Shown here piece after piece: positions 46,755 to 57,237 of a stretch of 64,000 bases of DNA. The notes under the pieces are model-generated. The model made no database searches. It saw only the letters and a program-made list of their open reading frames with translations, and was not told the origin of the DNA. How positions within the stretch are numbered: position 1 is the first letter of the stretch; every line of letters starts with the position of its first letter. Source of the stretch: Candidatus Aceula meridiana (lineage in GTDB: Bacteria > Omnitrophota > Gorgyraeia > Zapsychrales > Aceulaceae); the NCBI GenBank assembly GCA_030765185.1, contig JAVCDE010000033.1, positions 74,957 through 138,956 on the forward strand. Reading direction: 5' to 3'. A program made the translations under genes and the position numbers.

Positions 46755-48581
46755 TCACTTTTTAAATAAAATAAAACTTCTCGGGTTTATATTAATTTCT
46801 GAACTAGAAGAAACTACGTCTGGCGAGAGCGTACCCGGACCATTCCATTTCTTATCCGCAGAATCAATCACCTTGCTCATCGGTTCTCTTATTTGATTAG
46901 CATGCGTCGCATTAATTTCTGACTTACTAAAATTCATATAACAACAAGTATAGCTCTCGCCGCAAGATCTGCTTATCACGACTAATAAATCTTTTTCATT
47001 CCAAGAAACACTTAACCCTTTCCGCGTTAAAGTCCTTAATGAAGACAGGCTTTTTCGAAGCTGAATAATTTTGCGATAAAAATCAAACATATCTTTATGC
47101 CGCTGATCTTCTAATGACGCCCATCTTAGTTTTGATTGCAAGTATGTCCCTCGGTCAAAAGGGTCTGGTGGCTCACCGTGCCAATTAAAAGCAGAAAATT
47201 CTTTCTTTCGACCCTGTTGCACAGCTTTAACTAAGCCAGCATCCAAGTGGCTAATAAAATATAAAAAAGGTGTCTCTGCAGCAAATTCTTCTCCCATAAA
47301 AAGCATAGGAATATAGGGAGAAAACATCATCGCCCCAGCGGCTAATTTCAAAGACTCAGAATCAACCAACTGAGAAAGCCTTTCTCCCATCATTCTGTTT
47401 CCAACTTGATCATGATTCTGAATAAAAACAACAAACTGCTTTGGCTCTAGATGTTGAGACGAACTGCCAAAATTCTTTTTTCGATGCTCTGAATATTCTC
47501 CATCATAAACAAACCCTTGTTCGTATGCTTTTACAACCTGCTTGATGTTTCCAAAATCACAATAATAACCTCTTTTGTCTTCAGCAATAATCGTTCTTAG
47601 CGAATGGTGAAAATCATCTAGCCACTGAGCGTCCATACCATAGCCATCTTCTTCTTTGGGCTCAATAATTCTTTTATCATTAAGATCACTCTCTGCAATA
47701 AGATAATGCTTTCGCCCCTCTCGCTGACTATGTCCTTCAACCTTCTCTGCCAATTCTTTTAAAATATGTTTTTCGCTAAAATCATAGATTCCATGAATAG
47801 CGTCCAAGCGAAGCGCATCAATATGAAAATGCTCAAACCAGTATAAGGCATTCTGAATAAAATAATTCCTTACTCCAGAATTATTATTATCATCAAAATT
47901 AATAGCCAAGCCCCACGGCGTTTTATATTTTCGTGTAAAATAAGGACCGAAGTCTCCCAAATAATTTCCTTCTGGTCCAAGATGATTATAAACAACGTCG
48001 AGAATAACAGCAATGTCGTGCTGGTGACACTGATCAACTAACCGCTTGAGTTTCTCAGGCCCTCCGTAAGTGTTTTGAACGGCAAAGGGATAAACACCGT
48101 CATACCCCCAATTGCGACCTTCTGGAAATTGTGAAACAGGCATAATTTCAATCGCATTAATACCCAATTCTTTCAAATAATCAAGTTTCTGAATAATGCC
48201 ATCAAAAGTTCCTTGCTGCGTAAACGTGCCGACATGCAGTTCATACATAATCATTTCTTCAAGGGGCACCCCTTTCCAATCTTGGTCTTTCCACTGAAAC
48301 GAAGAATGATTAATAATACAAGAAGGCTCATGAACTCCCTCGGCCTGATAAAAAGAAGCAGGATCTGGACGTTCAAGATTGCCATCAACAACATAAAGAT
48401 AGATTGATTCAGGAAGAATATTTGACACCTTTCCGTGCCAATAGCCTTCCTTGTTTTTTTGAAGTTTTACAGTAAGCTTTTGAGGAGAAAGCACCTTGAC
48501 TTCTATGCTATTCTTAGAAGGCGCCCAAACAGTAAACTCACAACTTTTATCTTCTCTGTACCAAGAACCAACTTTTGTCAT
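46755..48581 (-). CDS. treZ: Malto-oligosyltrehalose trehalohydrolase (GH13_10)
   Basis: 608 aa. N-terminal E-set domain followed by a GH13 catalytic domain (…GYDGVYPFAVQNTYGGPEKLKRLVDQCHQHDIAVILDVVYNHLGPEGNYL…). Confidence 0.85.
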   Translation of the reverse strand: MTKVGSWYREDKSCEFTVWAPSKNSIEVKVLSPQKLTVKLQKNKEGYWHGKVSNILPESIYLYVVDGNLERPDPASFYQAEGVHEPSCIINHSSFQWKDQDWKGVPLEEMIMYELHVGTFTQQGTFDGIIQKLDYLKELGINAIEIMPVSQFPEGRNWGYDGVYPFAVQNTYGGPEKLKRLVDQCHQHDIAVILDVVYNHLGPEGNYLGDFGPYFTRKYKTPWGLAINFDDNNNSGVRNYFIQNALYWFEHFHIDALRLDAIHGIYDFSEKHILKELAEKVEGHSQREGRKHYLIAESDLNDKRIIEPKEEDGYGMDAQWLDDFHHSLRTIIAEDKRGYYCDFGNIKQVVKAYEQGFVYDGEYSEHRKKNFGSSSQHLEPKQFVVFIQNHDQVGNRMMGERLSQLVDSESLKLAAGAMMFSPYIPMLFMGEEFAAETPFLYFISHLDAGLVKAVQQGRKKEFSAFNWHGEPPDPFDRGTYLQSKLRWASLEDQRHKDMFDFYRKIIQLRKSLSSLRTLTRKGLSVSWNEKDLLVVISRSCGESYTCCYMNFSKSEINATHANQIREPMSKVIDSADKKWNGPGTLSPDVVSSSSEININPRSFILFKK

Positions 48582-50513
48582 TTACGCATTCTCTTGTTTA
48601 AAGAATAATACCGCCAAAGGAGGAATTGTTAACGAAAGAGAATAGTATTTTCCCTGAGAAGGCAAAGGCGAAGATTCTAACCCACCCAAATTTCCTTGGC
48701 CGCTTCCCCCGTACTCTTTAGCATCGCTATTTAAGATCTCTTTCCAAAACCCAGATGACGGAACTCCAATCTTATAATTATTGTGAGGAGCAGGCGTAAA
48801 ATTACACACAACCAACACAGAGTTTTTATTCGGAGAGTCTTTTCTTATAAAACTCATCACTCCTCTTTCTGAGTCGCTGCAATCCACCCATTCAAATCCC
48901 TGGCTATCAAAATCATTTTCATAAAGCGCTGGTTCTGTTTTATAAAAATAGTTCAACTCTTTAACCCATCTTTGCAATTGAACATGACATTCATGTTCTA
49001 GCACATACCATTCCAGACCCTTTTCATGATTCCACTCTGAACGCTGTCCAAATTCTTGCCCCATAAAAAGAAGTTTTTTCCCAGGATGTCCGTACATATA
49101 TCCATATAAAACTCTTAAGTTAGCAAACTTTTGCCAATCATCTCCAGGCATTTTATCAATCAACGATCCTTTGCCATGAACAACTTCATCGTGTGAGATA
49201 GACATCATAAAATTTTCTGTAAACGCGTAGCACAAGCTAAACGTTAACTGATTATGATGATATTTTCGATAAACAGGGTCTTTCGAGAAATAATCTAACG
49301 CATCGTGCATCCATCCCATATTCCATTTCATTCCAAACCCAAGTCCTCCCATAAAAATTGGTTTTGAAACCATGGGCCAGGCAGTAGATTCTTCTGCAAT
49401 CATTTGCACGTCTGGATAATTCTTATAAACTTCAAGATTTAATTTCTTCATAAACTCGACAGCTTCAATATTTTCTCTGCCCCCATATTGATTTGGAATC
49501 CACTCTCCTTCTTTACGAGAATAATCAAGGTATAGCATTGATGCCACCGCATCGACACGAATACCGTCGATATGATATTTATCAAACCAAAACATCGCGC
49601 TGCTCATCAAGAAACTTCTAACTTCATTTCTCCCATAATTAAAAATAAAACTCTTCCAATCAGGATGAAATCCTTTTCGTGGGTCAGCATGCTCAAACAA
49701 ATGAGACCCATCAAAATAAGCCAACCCATGTCCGTCTGAAGGAAAATGAGATGGAACCCAATCCATGATAATGCCAAATCCTTTTTGATGAAGGTAATCC
49801 ATTAAATACATCAAATCCTGCGGCGTCCCATATCGGCTCGTTGGTGCAAAATAACCAATAGTTTGATATCCCCAAGATCCAAAAAATGGATGCTCCGTAA
49901 GAGGCATAAATTCCACATGCGTATAATTCATATCATGAAGATATTGGGCTAATTGTTCTGCGGCTTCTTTGTAGTTTAAAAACCTACCATTGTCACCCTG
50001 CTTTTTCCGCCAAGAGCCTAAATGAACTTCATAAACTGAAATAGGGGCTGATAAAGAATTATTTTTATGACGGTTGTCCATCCATCCTTTATCTTTCCAG
50101 GAGTAATCAATATCCCAGACGATAGATGCCGTGCAAGGAGGAATTTCTGAATAAAATGCAAAAGGGTCTCTTTTTTCAGATCGATGATTCCTGTTGTTAG
50201 AAATAATACAGTATTTGTATAAAGATCCGCTCTCAACTCCGGGTACAAATCCTTCCCAGATGCCAGATCCGTCCCAGCGCACAGCTAGCGGATGCGACTT
50301 ATCATTCCATCCGTTAAAATCAGCCATAATGCTGACTTTCTTCGCATTAGGTGCCCAAACCGAAAAATGTACTCCCTTGACACCATCATGTTCAATGATA
50401 TGCGAACCTAACTTTTCGTATAATCGAGAATGGCTTCCCTCTCTAAACAAATAAATATCTTGATCGGTCAACAAGCTTACTCCGTGAATGACATCGCCAA
50501 TAGAATTTCTCAT
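48582..50513 (-). CDS. glgB: 1,4-alpha-glucan branching enzyme (GH13_9)
   Basis: 643 aa. …YEVHLGSW… and …GFDGFRFDGVTSMLY…-type catalytic regions. Confidence 0.9.
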   Translation of the reverse strand: MRNSIGDVIHGVSLLTDQDIYLFREGSHSRLYEKLGSHIIEHDGVKGVHFSVWAPNAKKVSIMADFNGWNDKSHPLAVRWDGSGIWEGFVPGVESGSLYKYCIISNNRNHRSEKRDPFAFYSEIPPCTASIVWDIDYSWKDKGWMDNRHKNNSLSAPISVYEVHLGSWRKKQGDNGRFLNYKEAAEQLAQYLHDMNYTHVEFMPLTEHPFFGSWGYQTIGYFAPTSRYGTPQDLMYLMDYLHQKGFGIIMDWVPSHFPSDGHGLAYFDGSHLFEHADPRKGFHPDWKSFIFNYGRNEVRSFLMSSAMFWFDKYHIDGIRVDAVASMLYLDYSRKEGEWIPNQYGGRENIEAVEFMKKLNLEVYKNYPDVQMIAEESTAWPMVSKPIFMGGLGFGMKWNMGWMHDALDYFSKDPVYRKYHHNQLTFSLCYAFTENFMMSISHDEVVHGKGSLIDKMPGDDWQKFANLRVLYGYMYGHPGKKLLFMGQEFGQRSEWNHEKGLEWYVLEHECHVQLQRWVKELNYFYKTEPALYENDFDSQGFEWVDCSDSERGVMSFIRKDSPNKNSVLVVCNFTPAPHNNYKIGVPSSGFWKEILNSDAKEYGGSGQGNLGGLESSPLPSQGKYYSLSLTIPPLAVLFFKQENA

Positions 50514-53500
50514 ACAGCACCCTCTTTTCTTTTTGTTAATTTCCTCACCTTAAAATTGCTTAAAACTTGCTTAATGCCTCTTAAGGGAATTAAAACCCAA
50601 TCCGGCCGATTGTTCAACTCATATCCTAACTCATAGATTGACTTGTCTAAAAGATATATCTGCAAAAGCGTTTCAAGTTCTTTTTCTTTTTTAGGCAAAA
50701 ATTCCGCCTGTCCAATCGCTTCACAATATGATTTAATAAAAATCTTGCTAACATGTTCATACCAAAACTCCACAGCTGATTCTAAAAATGGGACATCTTC
50801 TTCGCGAATAGATTTCTTCATGAGCAATGTTGAATAGGCAGCGTAGTGAAACGATCTTAACATGCCCGCAATATCTCTTAAGGCAGACCGTTTAAGCCTT
50901 CTTTCGCTCAATGACCGAGCAGGCTCCCCCTCAAAATCTATAACAATAAAATCTTTTCCCGTAAACAAAGCCTGACCCAAATGATAATCTCCGTGAATAC
51001 GAATTTTTTTGGCTGAATATTTTGTTTTAAGAATTAGCTTTAGCCTTCTCATAATTTCCCGCTCTGATTTTAAAATAACTTCCGCATCTAGCTGAATTGT
51101 TTCTGGCAATTTCTTTATTTGTTTCTTTAACAATCGAAAAACAACCCTCGCCTGGCTTCCAATGGATTGATAAACCGACCTTTGATACAAAAGAGAAAAA
51201 GACTCCGGCTTAAAGTCTGAATTATCTACACCTTCAGATAATTTCTTATGCATCTCGCCTGTTCTTTGCCCTAAAAGTTTCACTCGCTCAAGGAACAGGC
51301 CATCAATCAAGTCCTCACTCCTAAACTTTCTTACAATACCCTGATCTGCCTCTAAAACTTCCTCTACGTTCTTGCTGCTTTTCTTGTCCTCTTTTCTAAA
51401 ATCATTAAATTTAGATAAAATTAAGTCAAAGAAACTTTCAACATGATCTTGTGTGTACGCCCAGGCGTTTGCCTCGCTCGCAACATACTTCTGCAAGATG
51501 CAAAGAGAAGTTTCATCTTTAGAAGAATTAACGCTTTTGATGCAACCGGCAAAATCAGGAATATTTTCATAATTTTTACAATCCGTTAAATACTTTGTTA
51601 TTTCAATATCCGGATTAATTCCTTCTTCTAATTTTCTAAAAATTTTCATAAAGAAAGTATCTCCAAATAATATAGAAGTATTACTTTGCTCTGCTTTTAA
51701 AACATGCGAGGGCAAAGCAGCAGGATTCTTTCCTTGAAGAGCTTTAAATTTCTTGCCTGCAGAACCAACAAGAGTACAGTTTTTATTCTTAATCTTCTTG
51801 CCCTTTGTTATAATTTCAAAAAATAATTGATGAAAATTTAAATCATAAACGCCGTCATACAAAAATCCTTCTCTCTTATTAATGTGTAGCTGACTAATAA
51901 CGCTTTCGGGAAAATTCTGAACTATTTCTCTGCCCTCTTTTGAATACGAAAATGAAATAGGCAAAAAATAAGTTTCAGGGATTCCTGCAGAATAATTCAC
52001 AGATAAAAATAACAGCTTAACGCTCTGCTTTTGATCGCCGAGATTAATAATATCCGAAATCCTTATCGTCTGAATATTGCGCGCCTTTCCACCAAACCAT
52101 CGACATTTTCTCAAATATTGAGGTAAAAGTTCAGCTTCTAGCCTTCGTATAAATTTAGAAGAAAATACTTCTTCCCAAGACTTTTCTAATCTTATTCTTG
52201 GCGACCTCTGTAATGTTTCTGCTACTGTTACCGCTTGCTTCTTCAGCAAAAACCAAAAATGGTTATGTGGGCCCAGAGTAACGGTATACGGATTGTCCTT
52301 AATAATTGAAAATTTATTTTGGCTAAAAATTTCCTCAGGGACAAACCCGCTATACTCTTTTAAATCAAGGTCCGCCGATTGCGAGAATCTAGATAAATTA
52401 ATTACAACCAATATATTTTCATCTTTGTATTCCCTGATAAAACACAAAACTTTTGAGTTTTCTGGATATAAAAACTTGATGTTCCCCTGACTAAAAGCTT
52501 TAAATCTCTTACGTACAGAAATAACGCGTTTCATCCACCATAAAAACGATGAATGATTATTGTCCTGTGTCTCAACATTGACAGTCTCATAATGATATTC
52601 CGAATCAATAATAACCGGCAGATACAACTGTTGGGGATTTGCCCTTGAAAAACCAGCATTGCGATCTGGGCTCCATTGCATAGGCGTTCGGACACCGTCT
52701 CGATCTCCTAAAAACCTGTTATCTCCCATCCCGATTTCATCACCATAATAAATAATCGGTGTTCCTGTTAAAGAAAAAAGAAGAATATTCATCAATTCAA
52801 ATTTACGACGATTATTGCCAAGAAGAGGAAGAAGTCTTCGCCTTATTCCTAAATTTATTTTTGACCGAGCATCTTTAGCATAGGTTCGATACATATAATC
52901 ACGTTCTTCATCTGTAACCATTTCCAATGTCAGCTCATCATGGTTTCTCAAAAATATTGCCCACTGGCATGAGCGAGGTATCTTAGGCGTTTGTTCAAGA
53001 ATGTCAATAATTGGGAAGCGATCTTCCATCTGAACACTCATATACATTCGAGGCATTAGAGGAAAATGAAAAGCCATATGGCACTCATCCCCTTTTCCAA
53101 AATATTGAACAGCATCTTCAGGCCACTGATTAGCTTCAGCCAAAAGCATGCAATTCTTAAATTTCCCATCAACATGTTTTCTTAATTTCTTTAAGAATGC
53201 ATATGTCTCTGGTAGATTTTCACAATTCGTATCATCGCGTTCAAATAAATAAGGAATAGCATCTAAGCGCACTCCATCAACACCCATGCCAAACCAAAAG
53301 TCAGAAATTTTCATAATTTCTTTCTGAACACTTAGATTATCAAAATTTAAATCTGGCTGATGAGAATAAAAGCGATGCCAATAATACGCCTTAGCTTCTT
53401 CTGACCATGCCCAATTAGATGTTTCAAAATCTTTAAAAATAATCCGAGCGTCTTTATACTTTTCTGCGGTGTTACTCCACACATAATAATTGCGATGGTT

Positions 53501-53890
53501 AGAATTAACCTTAGCTTGTTTAGCTCTAACAAACCACGGATGTTGATCTGAAGTGTGATTAATAACAAGCTCTGTAATAACTCTTAAACCTCTTAAATGA
53601 GCTTCTTTTAAGAATTCTTTAAAATCTTTCAGAGTGCCGTATTGAGGATGAACATCATAATAATCTGCAATATCATAGCCGTCATCTCGAAGAGGCGACG
53701 GATAAAACGGAAGCAACCAAATAGCCGTAATGCCAAGATTCTTCAAATAATCTAATTTTTGAGTCGCTCCTTTAAAATCGCCAATGCCGTCTCCGTTGCT
53801 ATCGCAAAACGTCTTGACATGAAGCTGATAAATAACAGCATCCTTATACCACAAAGGATTGCTTTCAAGATTACTGCGTGAGGTACGCAT
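50510..53890 (-). CDS. treS: Fused trehalose synthase (GH13_16, TreS) and maltokinase (Mak/Pep2)
   Basis: 1126 aa. N-terminal half …WYKDAVIYQLHVKTFCDSNGDGIGDFKG…VINHTSDQHPWF… is TreS. The C-terminal half carries the aminoglycoside-phosphotransferase-like maltokinase motifs (…IHGDYHLGQALFTGKDFIVIDFEGEP…). Confidence 0.85.
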   Translation of the reverse strand: MRTSRSNLESNPLWYKDAVIYQLHVKTFCDSNGDGIGDFKGATQKLDYLKNLGITAIWLLPFYPSPLRDDGYDIADYYDVHPQYGTLKDFKEFLKEAHLRGLRVITELVINHTSDQHPWFVRAKQAKVNSNHRNYYVWSNTAEKYKDARIIFKDFETSNWAWSEEAKAYYWHRFYSHQPDLNFDNLSVQKEIMKISDFWFGMGVDGVRLDAIPYLFERDDTNCENLPETYAFLKKLRKHVDGKFKNCMLLAEANQWPEDAVQYFGKGDECHMAFHFPLMPRMYMSVQMEDRFPIIDILEQTPKIPRSCQWAIFLRNHDELTLEMVTDEERDYMYRTYAKDARSKINLGIRRRLLPLLGNNRRKFELMNILLFSLTGTPIIYYGDEIGMGDNRFLGDRDGVRTPMQWSPDRNAGFSRANPQQLYLPVIIDSEYHYETVNVETQDNNHSSFLWWMKRVISVRKRFKAFSQGNIKFLYPENSKVLCFIREYKDENILVVINLSRFSQSADLDLKEYSGFVPEEIFSQNKFSIIKDNPYTVTLGPHNHFWFLLKKQAVTVAETLQRSPRIRLEKSWEEVFSSKFIRRLEAELLPQYLRKCRWFGGKARNIQTIRISDIINLGDQKQSVKLLFLSVNYSAGIPETYFLPISFSYSKEGREIVQNFPESVISQLHINKREGFLYDGVYDLNFHQLFFEIITKGKKIKNKNCTLVGSAGKKFKALQGKNPAALPSHVLKAEQSNTSILFGDTFFMKIFRKLEEGINPDIEITKYLTDCKNYENIPDFAGCIKSVNSSKDETSLCILQKYVASEANAWAYTQDHVESFFDLILSKFNDFRKEDKKSSKNVEEVLEADQGIVRKFRSEDLIDGLFLERVKLLGQRTGEMHKKLSEGVDNSDFKPESFSLLYQRSVYQSIGSQARVVFRLLKKQIKKLPETIQLDAEVILKSEREIMRRLKLILKTKYSAKKIRIHGDYHLGQALFTGKDFIVIDFEGEPARSLSERRLKRSALRDIAGMLRSFHYAAYSTLLMKKSIREEDVPFLESAVEFWYEHVSKIFIKSYCEAIGQAEFLPKKEKELETLLQIYLLDKSIYELGYELNNRPDWVLIPLRGIKQVLSNFKVRKLTKRKEGAV

Positions 53891-53904
53891 AAAAGTTCCT
53901 TCCT

Positions 53905-55956
53905 TTACATAAAATAATCAAAATCTTGTTCTCGTCGCATATGCTGCTTAATACGAATAATATGTGCCGAAGCTACCTGAGGATTAAGTTCAATATAATT
54001 TGTATCCCCTTGCCAAATGTATTTATCGCCGCTTAAAAGATCATGTGCTAAATATGTTCGATTTTTTTCAATCCCTAATTCATCAAGAGGTATTTTTAGA
54101 TGTCCGATCTGAGTATGATAGGGATCAAGGTTGACGACAACAAGAATAATATTTGAATAATCCGCTGTTGCTTTATAATAACTTAGCAAACAATCATTAT
54201 TAGTTTCACAAAATCGTATATTTCGAGTAATCTGCAATGCAGGATTTTCTTTGCGAATTTTATTAAGTCTCGCCAACACATCTTTCAAATGCCCTTCTTT
54301 ATTCCAATCCCACTGCTTAATCTCATATTTCTCAGAATTAAGATACTCTTCCTTGCCAGCAATCGCATCAGCGACACATAGCTCAAACACCGGCCCATAT
54401 ATGCCAAAATTTGAAGAAAGCGTTGCAGCCAAAACAGCTCTCATGATAAAAGCCGGCCTTCCGCCATATTGCAAATGCTCTGGCAAAATGTCAGGAGTGT
54501 TTGGCCAGAAATTTGGACGAAAATATTCAGCCACTTCTGTTTGCGTTAACTCCGTCAAATATTCAATGAATTCTTGCTTTGTGTTTCGCCAAGTAAAATA
54601 TGTATACGACTGACTAAAGCCTCCCTTAGCAAGGCGATACATAACGCTTGGACGCGTAAATGATTCAGATAAAAATATTGTATCAGGATGATCTTTTTTT
54701 ATTTCTGAAATAAGCCAATCCCAAAAAAGAAAAGGTTTTGTGTGAGGATTATCAACACGAAAAATATACACTCCCTGCTCTATCCAGAACAAAACAACAC
54801 TTTTTAATTCTTCCCAAAGATTCTCAGCATCATCAGTTTCAAAATTAATAGGCAAAACGTCTTCATATTTCTTAGGCGGATTCTCTGCATATTGAATTTT
54901 GCCGTCTGGGCGCCATTTAAACCACTCAGGGTGCTCTTTAACATATGGATGATCTGGAGAGCATTGATACGCCAAGTCTAAAGCTATTTCTAAATTAAAC
55001 TCTTTTGCCTTCTTAATAAAACTCTTAAATGATGCAAGATTCCCTAACTCAGGATGAATCGCTTTGTGTCCTCCATCTTTTGACCCAATAGCCCAAGGAC
55101 ATCCAGGTTCACTCTTCTTGCAATCAACAGAATTGTTCGCACCCTTTCTATTTTTCTCACCAACAGGATAAATCGGGGGAAGATAAATAACGTCAAATCC
55201 CATACGAGCAATTTCAGGAAATAACTCTTCACAGTCTTTTAAGGAGCCATGCTTTCCGGGTTTTGTTCCCCAAGATCGAGGAAAAAATTCATACCAACTG
55301 CTGAAAAGAGCTAACTTTCTTTCAACGGTAACTTTTAGTTCCTTGTCATAAACAACGCTATTGTGAACATTAAAATTCTTCCCGGTTACTTCTAATAAAT
55401 CCTCATTGGCAAGAAGAGGCAAAACAATGTTAATATTTTTATTTTTCTTTAACTCATTAATACACACATTAAGCATTTTTATTTCTTCTTCGCTCTTAAT
55501 TCTTTCTTTCATCTCTTCAATAATCTGAATACCTATTTTTAAATCCACAGAAACATCTTGCGCATCGGCAATTTTCTTTTCAAGGCTTAAGCGCCACGTG
55601 TTAAATTTATCCACAAAAGCACGAATACTATAAAAATAATCTTCCTCTTTTTTAATCGGAAACGATCCGGCCCATCGATCATTACCCAAAGGCTTCATAT
55701 CAGCTTCCTGCCAGTCTCTTTCTTTCGCTGTGCGATAGAGAAGAACTGCGGCAATCTCATCATGTCCCTCAACAAAAATATTAGCCTCAACAACGACATT
55801 TTCTCCAATGGTTCTCTTGATAGGAAATGCTCCTGAGTCAATCTCTGGAGAAACTTTTTCGATCATAATCCGAGTAGGATGAACGCTTTTTCTTTGAGAA
55901 TTCACTATCTTAGAATCAGAGATATTATTTTTCTTGGGCATGTCTTTCTCCTTCAT
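53905..55956 (-). CDS. glgE: Alpha-1,4-glucan:maltose-1-phosphate maltosyltransferase (GH13_3)
   Basis: 683 aa. N-terminal domain (…IEKVSPEIDSGAFPIKRTIGENVVVEANIFVEGHDEIAAVLLYR…) is typical of GlgE. The GH13 catalytic core follows. Confidence 0.8.
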   Translation of the reverse strand: MKEKDMPKKNNISDSKIVNSQRKSVHPTRIMIEKVSPEIDSGAFPIKRTIGENVVVEANIFVEGHDEIAAVLLYRTAKERDWQEADMKPLGNDRWAGSFPIKKEEDYFYSIRAFVDKFNTWRLSLEKKIADAQDVSVDLKIGIQIIEEMKERIKSEEEIKMLNVCINELKKNKNINIVLPLLANEDLLEVTGKNFNVHNSVVYDKELKVTVERKLALFSSWYEFFPRSWGTKPGKHGSLKDCEELFPEIARMGFDVIYLPPIYPVGEKNRKGANNSVDCKKSEPGCPWAIGSKDGGHKAIHPELGNLASFKSFIKKAKEFNLEIALDLAYQCSPDHPYVKEHPEWFKWRPDGKIQYAENPPKKYEDVLPINFETDDAENLWEELKSVVLFWIEQGVYIFRVDNPHTKPFLFWDWLISEIKKDHPDTIFLSESFTRPSVMYRLAKGGFSQSYTYFTWRNTKQEFIEYLTELTQTEVAEYFRPNFWPNTPDILPEHLQYGGRPAFIMRAVLAATLSSNFGIYGPVFELCVADAIAGKEEYLNSEKYEIKQWDWNKEGHLKDVLARLNKIRKENPALQITRNIRFCETNNDCLLSYYKATADYSNIILVVVNLDPYHTQIGHLKIPLDELGIEKNRTYLAHDLLSGDKYIWQGDTNYIELNPQVASAHIIRIKQHMRREQDFDYFM

Positions 55957-55962
55957 TGTGTA

Positions 55963-56601
55963 TTAACCCCTTTTTACCTTTTCAATGCCATGCAAATAAA
56001 TATTCCATAGTGTATAGAATTTATTCATTGGTGGATTAGTATAATTTGTTAAAGCAAAATGTGCGCTAGCTGCTCTGATAAGTCCAAAAAATGCAAAACT
56101 AGCTATATCGATATCAACATCATCACGCAAAAGGTCTTGTTTTTTTGCTCTTTCAAGTATTACTTTTATCTTTGCCCGGTATTTGTCCGTTGTTTTTAAT
56201 ATTTTCTTTCTTAAGAAATCATCCTTAAGATGAATCGCTGTTGAAGTCGTCGCAAACAAGAGGCTCTTTTTCTTTTGCGCAAACATAATATGCGTTTTCA
56301 TAATTTCTTTTAATTGCTCAATCGGGTCATTATACTCTTTTATCGGTTGGTCAATCGCGCAAAGGAGGTCATTTTCAAACTGGTCAATCAGGCCAATAAA
56401 AATCGCCTGTTTGTCTGTAAAATGGCGGTAAATAGCACTCTCTGAAATATCATTCTCTTGCGCTAAGTTCTTTATTGTTAAGCTTTGCAAGCCTTTTGAA
56501 ATTAAAATCTCGGCCGCTGAATTGATAATTTCAATTTTTCTTTGTGAGGATGCTTTTCTTTTTACAATAGGTTCTGCTTTAATTCTAGCCATCAAGTTCA
56601 C
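55963..56601 (-). CDS. TetR/AcrR-family transcriptional regulator
   Basis: 212 aa. N-terminal HTH …LISKGLQSLTIKNLAQENDISESAIYRHFTDKQAI…. Confidence 0.8.
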   Translation of the reverse strand: MNLMARIKAEPIVKRKASSQRKIEIINSAAEILISKGLQSLTIKNLAQENDISESAIYRHFTDKQAIFIGLIDQFENDLLCAIDQPIKEYNDPIEQLKEIMKTHIMFAQKKKSLLFATTSTAIHLKDDFLRKKILKTTDKYRAKIKVILERAKKQDLLRDDVDIDIASFAFFGLIRAASAHFALTNYTNPPMNKFYTLWNIYLHGIEKVKRG

Positions 56602-56685
56602 CTTATAAACAGTATGTTAGTGAATAATCACAAACATAATATCATTATCAATTAATTTCGTCAAGCCACAAATTAAACCGCTTTT

Positions 56686-57153
56686 TTAATCTTCCCCTTT
56701 ATCCCCTTTTAATCTTTCATAGACTCCTCTTCGGAGAAGCTTAAAGACATCCTCTAAAATCTGAGATCCTGTTAAAACAAAAAGGCACACAAAGCAAATT
56801 ATCAAAGCAACGCCATACATCTGTATCCCAATAGCTGCACCAATTCCCGCCAAAAGCCAGATAACAGCTGCCGAGGTCATGCCCGTAACCAATCCCCCTT
56901 TATTCATGATAACTCCTGCCCCTAAAAACCCTATTCCTGTGACCAGTTGTCCTAAAACACGAACGGGATTACCGTCAGAGGACAATTCTTTTGCTAGGGT
57001 AATAAACACCATCGATCCCATTGTGATAAGAATACTTGTTCTTATGCCAACAGGTTTTCCTCGAAGCTGTCTTTCGACCCCAATAATAAAACCGCAGAAC
57101 ATTGAAAAAAGTATTTTGATCCAAAAACTACTATCAAGAATTTCATGAATCAT
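56686..57153 (-). CDS. mgtC: MgtC/SapB-family membrane protein
   Basis: 155 aa. …IIGVERQLRGKPVGIRTSILITMGSMVF… is the MgtC signature. Confidence 0.8.
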   Translation of the reverse strand: MIHEILDSSFWIKILFSMFCGFIIGVERQLRGKPVGIRTSILITMGSMVFITLAKELSSDGNPVRVLGQLVTGIGFLGAGVIMNKGGLVTGMTSAAVIWLLAGIGAAIGIQMYGVALIICFVCLFVLTGSQILEDVFKLLRRGVYERLKGDKGED

Positions 57154-57237
57154 CTTCCCCTCCTTAAAAATAGTTAAAACGTATCGCCTTCGATTAAAGA
57201 CTTGCGCCGGCTAAAAGCCAATTGGATAGCCTGCCAA

